Virus record (IMG/VR): IMGVR_UViG_3300032322_001896
Span: 1-31,622 of that record
DNA: 31,622 nucleotides
Strand: one strand, 5' to 3'
Origin: a virus
Lineage: Duplodnaviria; Caudoviricetes
The translations under genes were made by a program, and so were the position numbers. The stretch's first letter is position 1. Every line of letters starts with the position of its first letter. This document shows positions 8,039 through 17,415 of this stretch, in pieces. The notes under the pieces were generated by a model that was not told where the DNA came from, made no database searches, and saw nothing but the letters and a program-made list of their open reading frames with translations.

Positions 8039-8636
8039 ATACAATATTAAGTACTAGTCGATCTTTGTGATTTTCCGGCCATTTAGCTTCATGTAGATAA
8101 CTGCCGTCAAATACTACAATTCTATTTTTCTTAAATTCAATTCTTTCTTTAATTACAAAATCTTCAGTTTTCTTTCTTTTTTCTAAATATGTATGATAGT
8201 CTTCTCTTTCTAGAATAGACCTATCTTTGATATTATTTTCGTAGATTATTGTATCACCGTCGCTGTCATTCAAATATAAAATTGCCGACAGATATGGTTC
8301 TATGTCTCCAGCATCGATATGAGGCACAAATAATAAATCCGAATCTGGTACAGTTGTTAACAAATTAATTTTTAATCTTAACAACGATTTGATACTATAA
8401 TTAATTTCCTTTTCTAATAAAAACATTACAGGCATAAAAAACTTGTAATGATCGGAAGATGGTTTTCCGTTATAGAATAATGAATGTGTGAATTGTTTTT
8501 CCCAAATGTTATCACTAGAAGAATTACCATAGACGGTGTTATTGATATAAGACCATGTCATTTCTTCACTATAACATAAATTTTCTATGGCATTAATATA
8601 ACTAGAGGGAAGAAAATTATCTATAATTTTGATCAT
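8031..8636 (-). CDS. 2OG-Fe(II) oxygenase
   Basis: IIDNFLP start, PHID (HxD), ILYLNDSDGDT, NRIVVFDGSYLH, RLVLNI. Confidence 0.85.
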   Translation of the reverse strand: MIKIIDNFLPSSYINAIENLCYSEEMTWSYINNTVYGNSSSDNIWEKQFTHSLFYNGKPSSDHYKFFMPVMFLLEKEINYSIKSLLRLKINLLTTVPDSDLLFVPHIDAGDIEPYLSAILYLNDSDGDTIIYENNIKDRSILEREDYHTYLEKRKKTEDFVIKERIEFKKNRIVVFDGSYLHEAKWPENHKDRLVLNIVFR

Positions 8637-9211
8637 GAATATCCGTAACTGATTTGTTCACAGATCAAATTCATTTGAACTATGATAGCCATAGCATAGG
8701 CTGTTGCGTGACTCTTTTTAAAATAATATTCATCGTTTTCTGGTCTTTGCCAAACCTCGTTCAAGATTTTCGACCAACTCTCTCCGAGCAGGTATCTCTT
8801 GGCCGGTCGGATCATCGCTAGTATCGCTGCTAGTTTCTCCACGCTGTTGGGCTTCAGTTGCCGTAATATAGAACCATGCCCGTTGACGTGAAAAAGTAAG
8901 TTGACGAAATCTTCTTGTTCGAGTAGTTCCCATAGCGGCTCCTGATTCATAAGATATAAAAGATGTTCCTCATCTCGAACACCTTTGTATATTCCAACAT
9001 TTAAAAAATCAATTTTGAAGAAACCCTTCTCTTCAGCCACTTCATAAGGAATGGCAGATATTCCATCGACTGCACTTATAGGAACATCGTGAAAATATAC
9101 ACCGGTATTATGTTTGACTAGTTTTTCGTTATCAATCCGACTGGCTTTTATATGCTTGAATAGTTTCAAAGCCTCGTCTCGGTCAACAAAGTCTATATCA
9201 ATATCTGGCAT
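8633..9211 (-). CDS. Miniature DNA polymerase III alpha (DnaE, family C) catalytic-core protein
   Basis: Colinear DnaE motifs PDIDIDF, KHNTGVY, GFFKIDFL, LAMIRP and YFKKSHATAYA in only 192 aa. Confidence 0.85.
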   Translation of the reverse strand: MPDIDIDFVDRDEALKLFKHIKASRIDNEKLVKHNTGVYFHDVPISAVDGISAIPYEVAEEKGFFKIDFLNVGIYKGVRDEEHLLYLMNQEPLWELLEQEDFVNLLFHVNGHGSILRQLKPNSVEKLAAILAMIRPAKRYLLGESWSKILNEVWQRPENDEYYFKKSHATAYAMAIIVQMNLICEQISYGYS

Positions 9212-9438
9212 TACTGCATCCTAGTAGTTTCAAACAATAGCAAAGGCAATGTTTCTGATAAAAATTGAGCGTACTCTTCAGCATCCTCTGCATCATCAAA
9301 TCCTGTAAACTTAACATAGACAGCAGGTTCGTCGTCTGATGTTGACATTACTTCTATATCGATGTCGTCTCTTGAAATGAATTCTTCGTTATCTTTTAAT
9401 TCTTCTTCTATGATTTCTGGTTGTGGTCTTTTCGGCAT
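9211..9438 (-). CDS. Small acidic hypothetical protein (75 aa)
   Basis: TAATG coupling on both sides; about 22 D/E versus 6 K/R. Confidence 0.75.
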   Translation of the reverse strand: MPKRPQPEIIEEELKDNEEFISRDDIDIEVMSTSDDEPAVYVKFTGFDDAEDAEEYAQFLSETLPLLLFETTRMQ

Positions 9439-10121
9439 TATAGTATCTTCGCTTCTTTAATGACATCTTTGACTAATTCTAGATCGGCGGGTAAAGATTT
9501 GAACTTGCGAATCCAAAACTGCGGATCGATTATTGGTCCGACAATTTCTAATTGCTCGTCGTTCATTCTCTGTAACATTTCTTTACCGGACTTGGTATTT
9601 AACAAAACCCAAGGACTGATCAAACCTTCTTTAACATCGTGCGTAGCACGATTCAAATTCACATAAGCGAAATAGTGTTCCCATGGACTAGAATTCTTTT
9701 CACCCCAATCCATCATAGTTTGTAAAGTTCTTTGTATTGCTCCGTCGGCAGGTTCTATTTTGATCAGTTCGCTAATATAAGATTCGTACAGTTCATCTCT
9801 ACACCAGTGATCCAATTTAATACCGCTTTTAATTACATAGTCAATGAATCGATCTGGATACACTGGGGCAGTATTGACCATGAAACTACCAAATTTTACA
9901 AAGGCTGTATAATAAGGACTTTGTGCAAATTCATCGAAGGATTTTTTGTTTTTAGACTTTTGTGTAAGTTCGTAGAATCGCTGAAAAGTCATCAGTCCCA
10001 TCTGGACATGCTTTTCATTTTTTCCAAGATGGCGTCTTTTCTGTTCGCATATGTGTACAAACAGGGTTTTTTCTTTAGCAAATAATTTGCCGCAGTATTC
10101 ACACTTATAGTTTAATTCCAT
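9438..10121 (-). CDS. Hypothetical protein with an N-terminal zinc finger (CEYC-x12-HxC)
   Basis: YKCEYCGKLFAKEKTLFVHIC; start moved to MELNYK at 10121 to avoid a long overlap. Confidence 0.75.
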   Translation of the reverse strand: MELNYKCEYCGKLFAKEKTLFVHICEQKRRHLGKNEKHVQMGLMTFQRFYELTQKSKNKKSFDEFAQSPYYTAFVKFGSFMVNTAPVYPDRFIDYVIKSGIKLDHWCRDELYESYISELIKIEPADGAIQRTLQTMMDWGEKNSSPWEHYFAYVNLNRATHDVKEGLISPWVLLNTKSGKEMLQRMNDEQLEIVGPIIDPQFWIRKFKSLPADLELVKDVIKEAKIL

Positions 10122-10569
10122 TGATCTGTTTCTTATCCCAACCAAGGCCTTCACAATATTGTTTGATTTCTTTATCTGTGGTGATGGCGCTAAGTGTTTC
10201 AAGATCTGACCTCTTCATGTTAGGAAATAATTGTGCTAAGAATTCTGTTTTTTTATCTTTTTCTTTCTTGAAGGCTAACCATTCATGATGCTGTATTTTT
10301 TTGCTCTCATGGCTGCAACTACAGGCCAGCTGCCAAGTTAATTTTGGATGCTTGCTCATTACCGAAAAAAGATTTTTATTAAATCTTTCATTGCCTACTA
10401 AGAGGTAATGTTCTTTGAGTTCTCTGCTACCTTGAACATTTGAAATATATCTATTTAGAGTGAAAAAAGTCACACTCTTTCTCTGTTCATCGGTTAGTTC
10501 GTCCCAGGCTTCTTTGCCGTCTAGGTCAACTGCCGCCAATACATCTCTTAGTTTAAATTCATTTGCCAT
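10105..10569 (-). CDS. Probable clamp-loader small subunit (gp62-like)
   Basis: LRDVLAAVD..FTLNRYIS..N..KHPKLTWQL..HEWLAFKK pattern and size resemble gp62-like proteins; replication context. Confidence 0.55.
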   Translation of the reverse strand: MANEFKLRDVLAAVDLDGKEAWDELTDEQRKSVTFFTLNRYISNVQGSRELKEHYLLVGNERFNKNLFSVMSKHPKLTWQLACSCSHESKKIQHHEWLAFKKEKDKKTEFLAQLFPNMKRSDLETLSAITTDKEIKQYCEGLGWDKKQINGIKL

Positions 10570-11233
10570 AAGTCATTATACAGTCTTTTTTGAATTGTAC
10601 AGCCTTTTTATATCCCCAACTTTCTAAAATCTTAACAGAGTTTTGTCCATCCTCTCCGTAGATCTCAGAAAGGTTTTTGTCTTCCATTATAATTACTGGT
10701 CGATACTGCTTGATCGTTTCTTCACCGCCTCTAATGATGTGAGGTTCATATCCTTCGCAATCTATTTTGATAAAGTCACAGGCTTTCAAGTTTAACGAAT
10801 CTAGAGTTTTAATTAAAAAATTTCCTTGATCTTTTTCGGGATCAACTTGAGTAGCGAAAGAATTTTTACTGTATTTTAGATCTACAGTTCTTTCTTTATC
10901 TCCCAGTCCGTGTTCATAAACTATGACATTTTCAAGATTAAATTTCTTTACATTTTCGACCAAGCACTTCGAAACCTGTGTATCAATTTCAAAAGCATGA
11001 ACCTTGTTAAATCTAGAACTAAGGTGATAGCTCATCAGTCCATAATTTGCTCCTGCATCAACAGCCGAATCAAATTTCTTAACAAACCGCAGAGCCTGTA
11101 GCAATTGGTCTTTTTGATAATCTAAAAGTGTAGAATTAGATTTTCTAGTCCATTTATTTTGTTTCTCGATGGCTTTTTGTAAGGCGTTGTCTCCTTCTAC
11201 AAAAGACCAATTTTCTACTTTATCTGCTTTCAT
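10559..11233 (-). CDS. FkbM-family SAM methyltransferase
   Basis: VDAGANYG, VHAFE, GLGD, DFIKIDCEGYE, RPVIIME. Confidence 0.92.
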   Translation of the reverse strand: MKADKVENWSFVEGDNALQKAIEKQNKWTRKSNSTLLDYQKDQLLQALRFVKKFDSAVDAGANYGLMSYHLSSRFNKVHAFEIDTQVSKCLVENVKKFNLENVIVYEHGLGDKERTVDLKYSKNSFATQVDPEKDQGNFLIKTLDSLNLKACDFIKIDCEGYEPHIIRGGEETIKQYRPVIIMEDKNLSEIYGEDGQNSVKILESWGYKKAVQFKKDCIMTYGK

Positions 11234-11489
11234 CTTTTTTGCTTAGGTGGTATGTTATTTTAACACGATTCACAGCTTCTTGCAAGACCGGATTTTTTCG
11301 AGCTTCTTTTAATATTTCTTTCCATTCTGTTTCTAGATAGTATTGATCTGTGAATGATTTCATATAATCGTTTTCGTAATCTTGACCAATTATAAATCTA
11401 TCTTTTGGATCTGCGCCTGATTCTCTAGCGTAAACTGTTCCCCCGACTCTTTCATAGATATATGTTGCACCTGGCTTAAGCTGTCCCAT
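11220..11489 (-). CDS. Hypothetical protein (89 aa)
   Basis: Tightly packed in the operon; no recognised motif. Confidence 0.75.
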   Translation of the reverse strand: MGQLKPGATYIYERVGGTVYARESGADPKDRFIIGQDYENDYMKSFTDQYYLETEWKEILKEARKNPVLQEAVNRVKITYHLSKKDESR

Positions 11490-11491
11490 GA

Positions 11492-12316
11492 TTATACCTT
11501 TAATAAATCTTCCATCGTATAGAGTTTAGTCATAAACTTAGATGGATTATCTAAAACACTGCGTTCGAGATCACCATCTCGTCGATCGCATATATTAACT
11601 TTGAAGTCACAGTTGTTGACTCGTTTATACAAATCTACCATCTGCTGTACAGTAGTTCCTGTGCCGTGGCCGAGGTTTTCTATTTGGTTAGTTGAATAAT
11701 CCGTCGCTTGAATAACAGCATTACAAATTTCATTTACATGAGTATAGTCTCTAACTGCGGTACCGTCTTCAGTGTTGTAATCGTTACCAAATAAATTAAA
11801 TTCGCCAGTTCTCTGCGCATTCATCAAGTTCCACATGAGTCCGTCAGGATTGGTCGGTTCTATACCGTCGGTACCTGTAACATTATAGAATCTAAAAGTT
11901 GTGAACGGTACTTCGTTTTCTTTGCACCATTGATCAACAATTTCTTCTGCACCTCTTTTACTGATTCCATAGGGATTATTCATAGGACCAGCTGAACCTG
12001 TAGATGCATGAACAAATCTTTTTGTAGTGATATTTTTAAGAACATTTAGAGTTCCTATAGTATTTGTCGTATAATATAATATAGGATCTTTAACACTTCG
12101 GCCTACGGCTACCTCGGCAGCAAGATGTATTACACAATCATAAGAGTCCTGCATATTCCATTTCAAATCTCTTATATCCTGATAATAATGTTTCCATAAA
12201 GATATCAACGGTTTCTTTTTATCTAATCCGTGTATTTCATATCCACCCCTTTCTAGCATCATCTTAGAAAGATGTGAACCAATATATCCTGAATTTCCGG
12301 TAATTAATATTTTCAT
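11492..12316 (-). CDS. NAD-dependent nucleotide-sugar epimerase (GalE-like SDR)
   Basis: ILITGNSGYIGSH, VIHLAA, YGISK (YxxxK), FRFYNV, DGTAVRDYTHV. Confidence 0.93.
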   Translation of the reverse strand: MKILITGNSGYIGSHLSKMMLERGGYEIHGLDKKKPLISLWKHYYQDIRDLKWNMQDSYDCVIHLAAEVAVGRSVKDPILYYTTNTIGTLNVLKNITTKRFVHASTGSAGPMNNPYGISKRGAEEIVDQWCKENEVPFTTFRFYNVTGTDGIEPTNPDGLMWNLMNAQRTGEFNLFGNDYNTEDGTAVRDYTHVNEICNAVIQATDYSTNQIENLGHGTGTTVQQMVDLYKRVNNCDFKVNICDRRDGDLERSVLDNPSKFMTKLYTMEDLLKV

Positions 12317-12981
12317 TTGGTATGCGAATGCTCTCTGTTATTTCCGCCGCTAAAGAAAGGATTTAACCTTGCTATTAGAGGATCGATTATAGAATAGCTG
12401 GTATAGTATTGATTAACAGCCATGTCTAATGGAAGGAATCCATTTTTCTTTGAACTTTCTATTAATGTTTTTGCGCCAAGAGGTTTGACCATATGTGCAT
12501 GAGATCCTCGAAAATGAGTTTTATTAATCGACTTATATTTCATAGGTCCTAAAATACGATCAAAGTTTGTAATTTTTAATTCGCTGTCAGTCTTTACTAT
12601 GCCTTCATAATTTTCAAGACGACTAGCATAATCTAAAAGCAAAATATGAGTAAACATATTTTCAATATTATCAGGCAACGGTCTAATCATTAATCCGTCG
12701 TGCTCAAAAATAATAATAGGTTCATTTAACTCAATGCACTTTTCCCATAATAAAAAATGACTCAAAAAACATCCTTTTATTCCAGGATTATTTTTCTTAC
12801 TTTCTTTCATTTTGAAAAAAGGAGACACACCTTTTTTTGCTAATAAAAAATCGTGATCAGAATAAACTCCGCTAACTTTTTCTGGATGTATACCAAATTG
12901 TTTCGCAGATTCGATACATTCGTCGGCCAATCTTTCAGACAGATCGTCGTTGGGTTTTCTTATAACAAATGACTTAATCAT
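12313..12981 (-). CDS. GT25-family glycosyltransferase
   Basis: GCFLSHFLLWEKC..IIIFEHD, G..A.MVKP.GAK.L. Confidence 0.85.
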   Translation of the reverse strand: MIKSFVIRKPNDDLSERLADECIESAKQFGIHPEKVSGVYSDHDFLLAKKGVSPFFKMKESKKNNPGIKGCFLSHFLLWEKCIELNEPIIIFEHDGLMIRPLPDNIENMFTHILLLDYASRLENYEGIVKTDSELKITNFDRILGPMKYKSINKTHFRGSHAHMVKPLGAKTLIESSKKNGFLPLDMAVNQYYTSYSIIDPLIARLNPFFSGGNNREHSHTK

Positions 12982-13570
12982 TGAATCTAAAAATTCCTAA
13001 AGTTTTTACAATACCGATATATTCGCAATTTACATTTGATTTTATATAATCGATAGTATCGTTAGTCATATCGTGGAATGCCCATATACAAGATTTATTG
13101 CTGTGTGAAATAACATGAGGTAAATTGTTTTCGATCTCTCGAATATCATGAACTGCATCGCAAAATATAAAATCATATTTGTTGGAATCTAATTCAATAA
13201 AATTTCCAGATATTAGATTTACATATGAATCTAAATTCAAATTTGTTAAATTCATTTTCGCTACTTCGGAGGTCGTTTTATTTTGTTCGAAAGCAATTTT
13301 ATATAATTTAGGAATTCCTATATCAGATCCATACATTTCATGATAGAATTTTTGTACTTCGTTATAATTTGTAAATCCCAGATCGTACGATCTAAAAGTT
13401 CTATCTTTTTTAGAATCTCGTATTCCTTGACAAATAAAAGAAGTGCTTCTTCCTAAGAAATGTCCAATTTCTAATATATCTCCGTTAGTTTCTAAAATCA
13501 ATTGATATAGCTTTTCGCATTCGGCTGGTTTGAACCATCCAGGAATATCATAACCTACTAAATCGATCAT
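12974..13570 (-). CDS. Class I SAM methyltransferase (Methyltransf_24-like)
   Basis: IPGWF, ILEIGHFLGRST, DFIFCDAVH, AFHD. Confidence 0.85.
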   Translation of the reverse strand: MIDLVGYDIPGWFKPAECEKLYQLILETNGDILEIGHFLGRSTSFICQGIRDSKKDRTFRSYDLGFTNYNEVQKFYHEMYGSDIGIPKLYKIAFEQNKTTSEVAKMNLTNLNLDSYVNLISGNFIELDSNKYDFIFCDAVHDIREIENNLPHVISHSNKSCIWAFHDMTNDTIDYIKSNVNCEYIGIVKTLGIFRFND

Positions 13571-14211
13571 TTTAAATTTTCCTCAAAAGTTTTAATAATA
13601 TCAACTAGTTGATTTTTTTCGTATAAAATCATTTCTGCCGGTTTATACGGTGGATTCCAGTCGTCTATTTTATAGAGATAATTTTTCGGAAAATTAAAAG
13701 GAAAAGAAAACAAATCAATATACCGAAACCCGCCAGTTTCTATATTTTTATTATTAAAACTTCCATCATTGATGTGCGTGGTTGTTAAAACATATTTTAT
13801 TTCGGATTGAGCAAGATTTTTCAAAGTTAGTAAAATATCTTCATACGAAAAATGTATAAAACAATCTCTACATATCCATAAATCGGCAGAAGGCAATTTT
13901 TCTTTTATTATATCAGTATGGATAAAATTAATATTTTTCTTTCTATACATAGAATTATTCAATTCTACTAATTCTTTGACAATGTCTCCGCCCAAATAAT
14001 TAATATTCTCCGATTTTAACAATTCTTTCATCCAGTTAAAATCTCCGCAAGGAGCATCAAGGATAGAGCTAATTTTAAATTCTTTAAGTAATGTTGGGAG
14101 ATGAAGTCTTAAGTGTTCGGTATACTTTAATGAGGAACCAGCACCGCTAACACTTTCGCCGTTGCCCCATAATTTTTTATTAAAAATTTCGGTAAATTTA
14201 TTTTCTGTCAT
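13567..14211 (-). CDS. Class I SAM methyltransferase
   Basis: ESVSGAGSS, ILDAPCGDFNW, YLGGDIV, ADLWICRDCFIH. Confidence 0.88.
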   Translation of the reverse strand: MTENKFTEIFNKKLWGNGESVSGAGSSLKYTEHLRLHLPTLLKEFKISSILDAPCGDFNWMKELLKSENINYLGGDIVKELVELNNSMYRKKNINFIHTDIIKEKLPSADLWICRDCFIHFSYEDILLTLKNLAQSEIKYVLTTTHINDGSFNNKNIETGGFRYIDLFSFPFNFPKNYLYKIDDWNPPYKPAEMILYEKNQLVDIIKTFEENLK

Positions 14212-15268
14212 AAATGTTTTTAATAATATTTAAAATCCTTCCAGATGCATTTCCGTCCCCATAGGGAGATACGCCCTTGGACATAGATGAATATTTCTCT
14301 GGAGAAGTTAGTAGATCCGATACTTCTGACACAATTTTTTCTTTGTTAGATCCTACTAATTTCACTACTCCTAACTCTACAGCTTCTGGTCTTTCTGTGA
14401 ATTCTCTTAGTACAAGAACTGGTTTTCCTAATGCAGGGGCTTCTTCTTGAACTCCTCCCGAATCAGTTAAAATAATATACGAATTATTCATTTCTTCACA
14501 AAAAGATTTATAATCTAGGGGATCAATTAATTTGATTCTTTCGTGTATTAGTTTAGAATATACTTTATTTTTTACATTTGGATTTGGGTGTACTGGTAAT
14601 TTTATTTCTATCTCTTTGTGAGTAGAAACTATCTCTAATAATGCATCTAGAATATTATCTAGAGGAGTTCCAAAATTTTCTCTTCTATGAATCGTACACA
14701 ATATTGTTTTTAAATTAGATTCTTTTTTATCTGAAATTGTTGACAATAAAGAATCTATTACAGTATTTCCCGTGACAAAAATATTTTCGTTGAATCCTTC
14801 GACTTCTAAATTTTTCTTAGAAGATTCAGTGGGACAAAAATGAAAAGTAGTTAATTTTGAGATTAGCACCCTGTTCATTTCTTCTGGCCACGGATTTTCA
14901 TAATTAAAAGATCGGAGACCGGCCTCTACATGTCCGAAGGGAATTTTATTAAAATAACTTGCCATCGCTGCTGATAATGCAGTTGATGTATCCCCCTGGC
15001 CTATTACTAGATCGGCCTTTTCTTTTACAAATATATCACTTAATTTTTCGATTGAATTTGATATTATACTTGTTATACTCTGATTTTGAGTCATTATTTT
15101 GAGATCAATGTCACTAGAAATGTTAAACATTCTCAGTGTTTGATCTAAAATTTCTCGATGCTGGCCCGTCGATATCACTAAAACATCATATTCTTTTTTT
15201 AATGTTTTTATTACAGGAGCAAGTTTAATTACTTCCGGACGGGTTCCTAAAACACATATAATCTTCAT
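14198..15268 (-). CDS. wecB: UDP-N-acetylglucosamine 2-epimerase (non-hydrolysing)
   Basis: GTRPEVIK, TGQHRE, QGDT, HVEAGLRS, PEEMNR, TGNTVID, HRREN, DSGGVQEEAP, TERPE, PYGDG. Confidence 0.97.
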   Translation of the reverse strand: MKIICVLGTRPEVIKLAPVIKTLKKEYDVLVISTGQHREILDQTLRMFNISSDIDLKIMTQNQSITSIISNSIEKLSDIFVKEKADLVIGQGDTSTALSAAMASYFNKIPFGHVEAGLRSFNYENPWPEEMNRVLISKLTTFHFCPTESSKKNLEVEGFNENIFVTGNTVIDSLLSTISDKKESNLKTILCTIHRRENFGTPLDNILDALLEIVSTHKEIEIKLPVHPNPNVKNKVYSKLIHERIKLIDPLDYKSFCEEMNNSYIILTDSGGVQEEAPALGKPVLVLREFTERPEAVELGVVKLVGSNKEKIVSEVSDLLTSPEKYSSMSKGVSPYGDGNASGRILNIIKNIYDRK

Positions 15269-15837
15269 TTTTGTATAACCATGTATCCTACATAAAACTC
15301 TTCTGGAAGATTTAATTTTCGATCCGGTAATACAGAATTTTTAGGATTTAATCTTTCTGCTGGAATAGAAATTTTTTGATTGACAAAAGTCTCAACTTCC
15401 TCTAACTTGATACCCGGATAATCAAAAGTAAAAATAAAATATCCGCCCGGTTTTAATTGATCAAGATGATTTTTTATAATCTGAACATGATCCCCTTTAG
15501 GAATCTCTTCTATGGTAGAGATGTTTATAACAATATCAAATTCTTCTTTATAAACAGAAGGTTGAGTAATATCCCAATAGGTAGTATTATAGAAAGTTGA
15601 ATTTCTTATATCGCTATGTAAAGTATTATATTGAATATCTAACCAAGTTTTAAAAACTAAATGTATATCTCTAAACCCCCAACTGCAATTATGAATTTTC
15701 GGAGATGATATTCCTGTTTTTTTAATTTCTTCTAATACAAACGGATATTCGTATACCCTAGACCAACATATTTCATGACCAAATCGTAGATCGTGATGAT
15801 CGTTTTTATCAAAAAATCCAAATTTTACTATTTTCAT
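15265..15837 (-). CDS. Divergent SAM methyltransferase-fold protein
   Basis: WSRVYEY, FDIVINISTIEE and LKPGGYFIFTFDY motifs; motif I degenerate (HNCSWG); start placed at the ATGA overlap. Confidence 0.65.
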   Translation of the reverse strand: MKIVKFGFFDKNDHHDLRFGHEICWSRVYEYPFVLEEIKKTGISSPKIHNCSWGFRDIHLVFKTWLDIQYNTLHSDIRNSTFYNTTYWDITQPSVYKEEFDIVINISTIEEIPKGDHVQIIKNHLDQLKPGGYFIFTFDYPGIKLEEVETFVNQKISIPAERLNPKNSVLPDRKLNLPEEFYVGYMVIQK

Positions 15838-16445
15838 AACCATGATCCATTAAAATGATGTAACGAATATGTTTTATCGGTTTTCGGACCACAAAAAACA
15901 TAATCTGGAAATAGCTCTAGATCAATGTCGTCTATCCGTTGTCTAGAATTATCGTTTTTAACCCCATGAGATAACAAAATCTCTGTAATCCATTTAGTAT
16001 TAGGTTTCCATGTCAAATAATCAAAATCTCTTGTGAGATATTCATTTAACAAAATTTTTGTAAATTTATGATTCGGAATAGCACCCCATACCGCTGTAAC
16101 TGGACTGTAGTGTTTATATTTTTCAAACCCGGTTACAAAAGAATAATTTAAAAAATCATCAAAGGACTTTAGTATTTCATTATCGGCATCAATACTCCAA
16201 CCCCCGTATTTCTCTAAAGCAATTAGTTTAATTGCATCAGATGCAAATGCATATTTTTTAATTTCTATAGCTCTAGTTACAAAATTTTTTACAGGATGAT
16301 CGTTGATTAAATCTAAGAAATTTTCATTTCCCCAGAGATTAACTTCGTAGTCGTGTAAAATTTTTTTATTATTTTCTAAAAATCGTTTCTCTCGATCCGG
16401 CATCGGGCCGCCTAGCCACACTACATGAACTTTTTTAGGTATCAT
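15834..16445 (-). CDS. GT32/OCH1-like DxD glycosyltransferase
   Basis: MIPKKVHVVWLG, YAFASDAIKL.AL..YGGWSIDAD, HHFNGSW. Confidence 0.9.
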   Translation of the reverse strand: MIPKKVHVVWLGGPMPDREKRFLENNKKILHDYEVNLWGNENFLDLINDHPVKNFVTRAIEIKKYAFASDAIKLIALEKYGGWSIDADNEILKSFDDFLNYSFVTGFEKYKHYSPVTAVWGAIPNHKFTKILLNEYLTRDFDYLTWKPNTKWITEILLSHGVKNDNSRQRIDDIDLELFPDYVFCGPKTDKTYSLHHFNGSWL

Positions 16446-16786
16446 TTACTATAACCTACAGTTTCTCGTTCAATGTCGTCATGATCGAATTCTGCCCAAT
16501 ATAATTCAAAGGCTATTGTATCTTCTACTGCTTCAAATTGATGATATTCGCCCGGTGCAACTTTAGTATATTGACCAGCAGTTAATATAGTTTCGTCGAC
16601 TAGATCGTAATTATTTTTCCATACACGAATAATCATTTTACCTTTTTCAACGAAGAAACCATTCCACTTAAACTTATGTTTATGCTTAGAACATACACCA
16701 CCTGCCTTAGCTTCAATCCTATGAAATTCTAAGACACCGTTGGCTTCTAATAATTCTGTTTGTCCCCACACTTTACCTGCTTTCAT
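16442..16786 (-). CDS. Cupin-domain protein (sugar isomerase-like)
   Basis: KVWG, CSKHKH, VAPGEYHQFEA..DT.AFE. Confidence 0.8.
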   Translation of the reverse strand: MKAGKVWGQTELLEANGVLEFHRIEAKAGGVCSKHKHKFKWNGFFVEKGKMIIRVWKNNYDLVDETILTAGQYTKVAPGEYHQFEAVEDTIAFELYWAEFDHDDIERETVGYSK

Positions 16787-17415
16787 AATTTTTTAAACCT
16801 TTCAACTAATTCTTCTTTGTGATCAGCTTTGAATTGCTGAGTAAATTTACTCTTTCTTCTTCCGTAATCTTTATAGCGTCTTAGACCGACTTTACAATTT
16901 TTATATTCAAAAGTGTGTCCGGGCCTTCCTGCTCTCTCGTAGAAGTTTGCCATTCCTGCCGAATCTCCTCCCCAAACTTTTTGTTCTAAATAAAAACAAT
17001 CTAATAATTCTTCGAATATCGGAAGGGCAGATTTTTTCGCTAGGCGCCAGCCCGGATGTAATGGAATTATATCTGGTCTTAAAAGAAAGTCAACATCATT
17101 TTCTAGGGGAGGAAACATAGATTCTATTCGCCAGTCTGGTTCTGTAAACCAATACACTTCGTTAGGGTCAGCAGTATTTTTAAGAAAATCTATAAAACAC
17201 AATTCTCTATTATAATTAATTTCTGTAGGATCAAGATCATAAAAATAATTCTCGTCCCCCCAACCTTCGTGACCTTTGGTAGTTAAATGTATTAATGGCA
17301 GATTAAAACTGTTTACATTTTCTTTAAAAATTTCTGTTATCTCTTTATAGATTCCAGATCTGTTTTTAAAGTGAACTCGTTCTTCGCTGGTCGCATGATA
17401 AATTACTGCTTTCAT
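16783..17415 (-). CDS. Hypothetical protein, possible divergent GT-A glycosyltransferase
   Basis: WFTEPD at a DxD-like position, WGGD, glycan-cluster context; start placed at the ATGA overlap (17415). Confidence 0.55.
   Translation of the reverse strand: MKAVIYHATSEERVHFKNRSGIYKEITEIFKENVNSFNLPLIHLTTKGHEGWGDENYFYDLDPTEINYNRELCFIDFLKNTADPNEVYWFTEPDWRIESMFPPLENDVDFLLRPDIIPLHPGWRLAKKSALPIFEELLDCFYLEQKVWGGDSAGMANFYERAGRPGHTFEYKNCKVGLRRYKDYGRRKSKFTQQFKADHKEELVERFKKL

Noticed and set aside
8730-11101. Alternative ORFs 8730-8933, 9421-9666, 9732-10085 and 10910-11101, including as frameshifted missing parts of DnaE
   Set aside because: None carries PHP, GRGS, thumb or OB-like sequence. The mini-DnaE motifs are already contiguous in one frame, so no frameshift or pseudogene call is needed.
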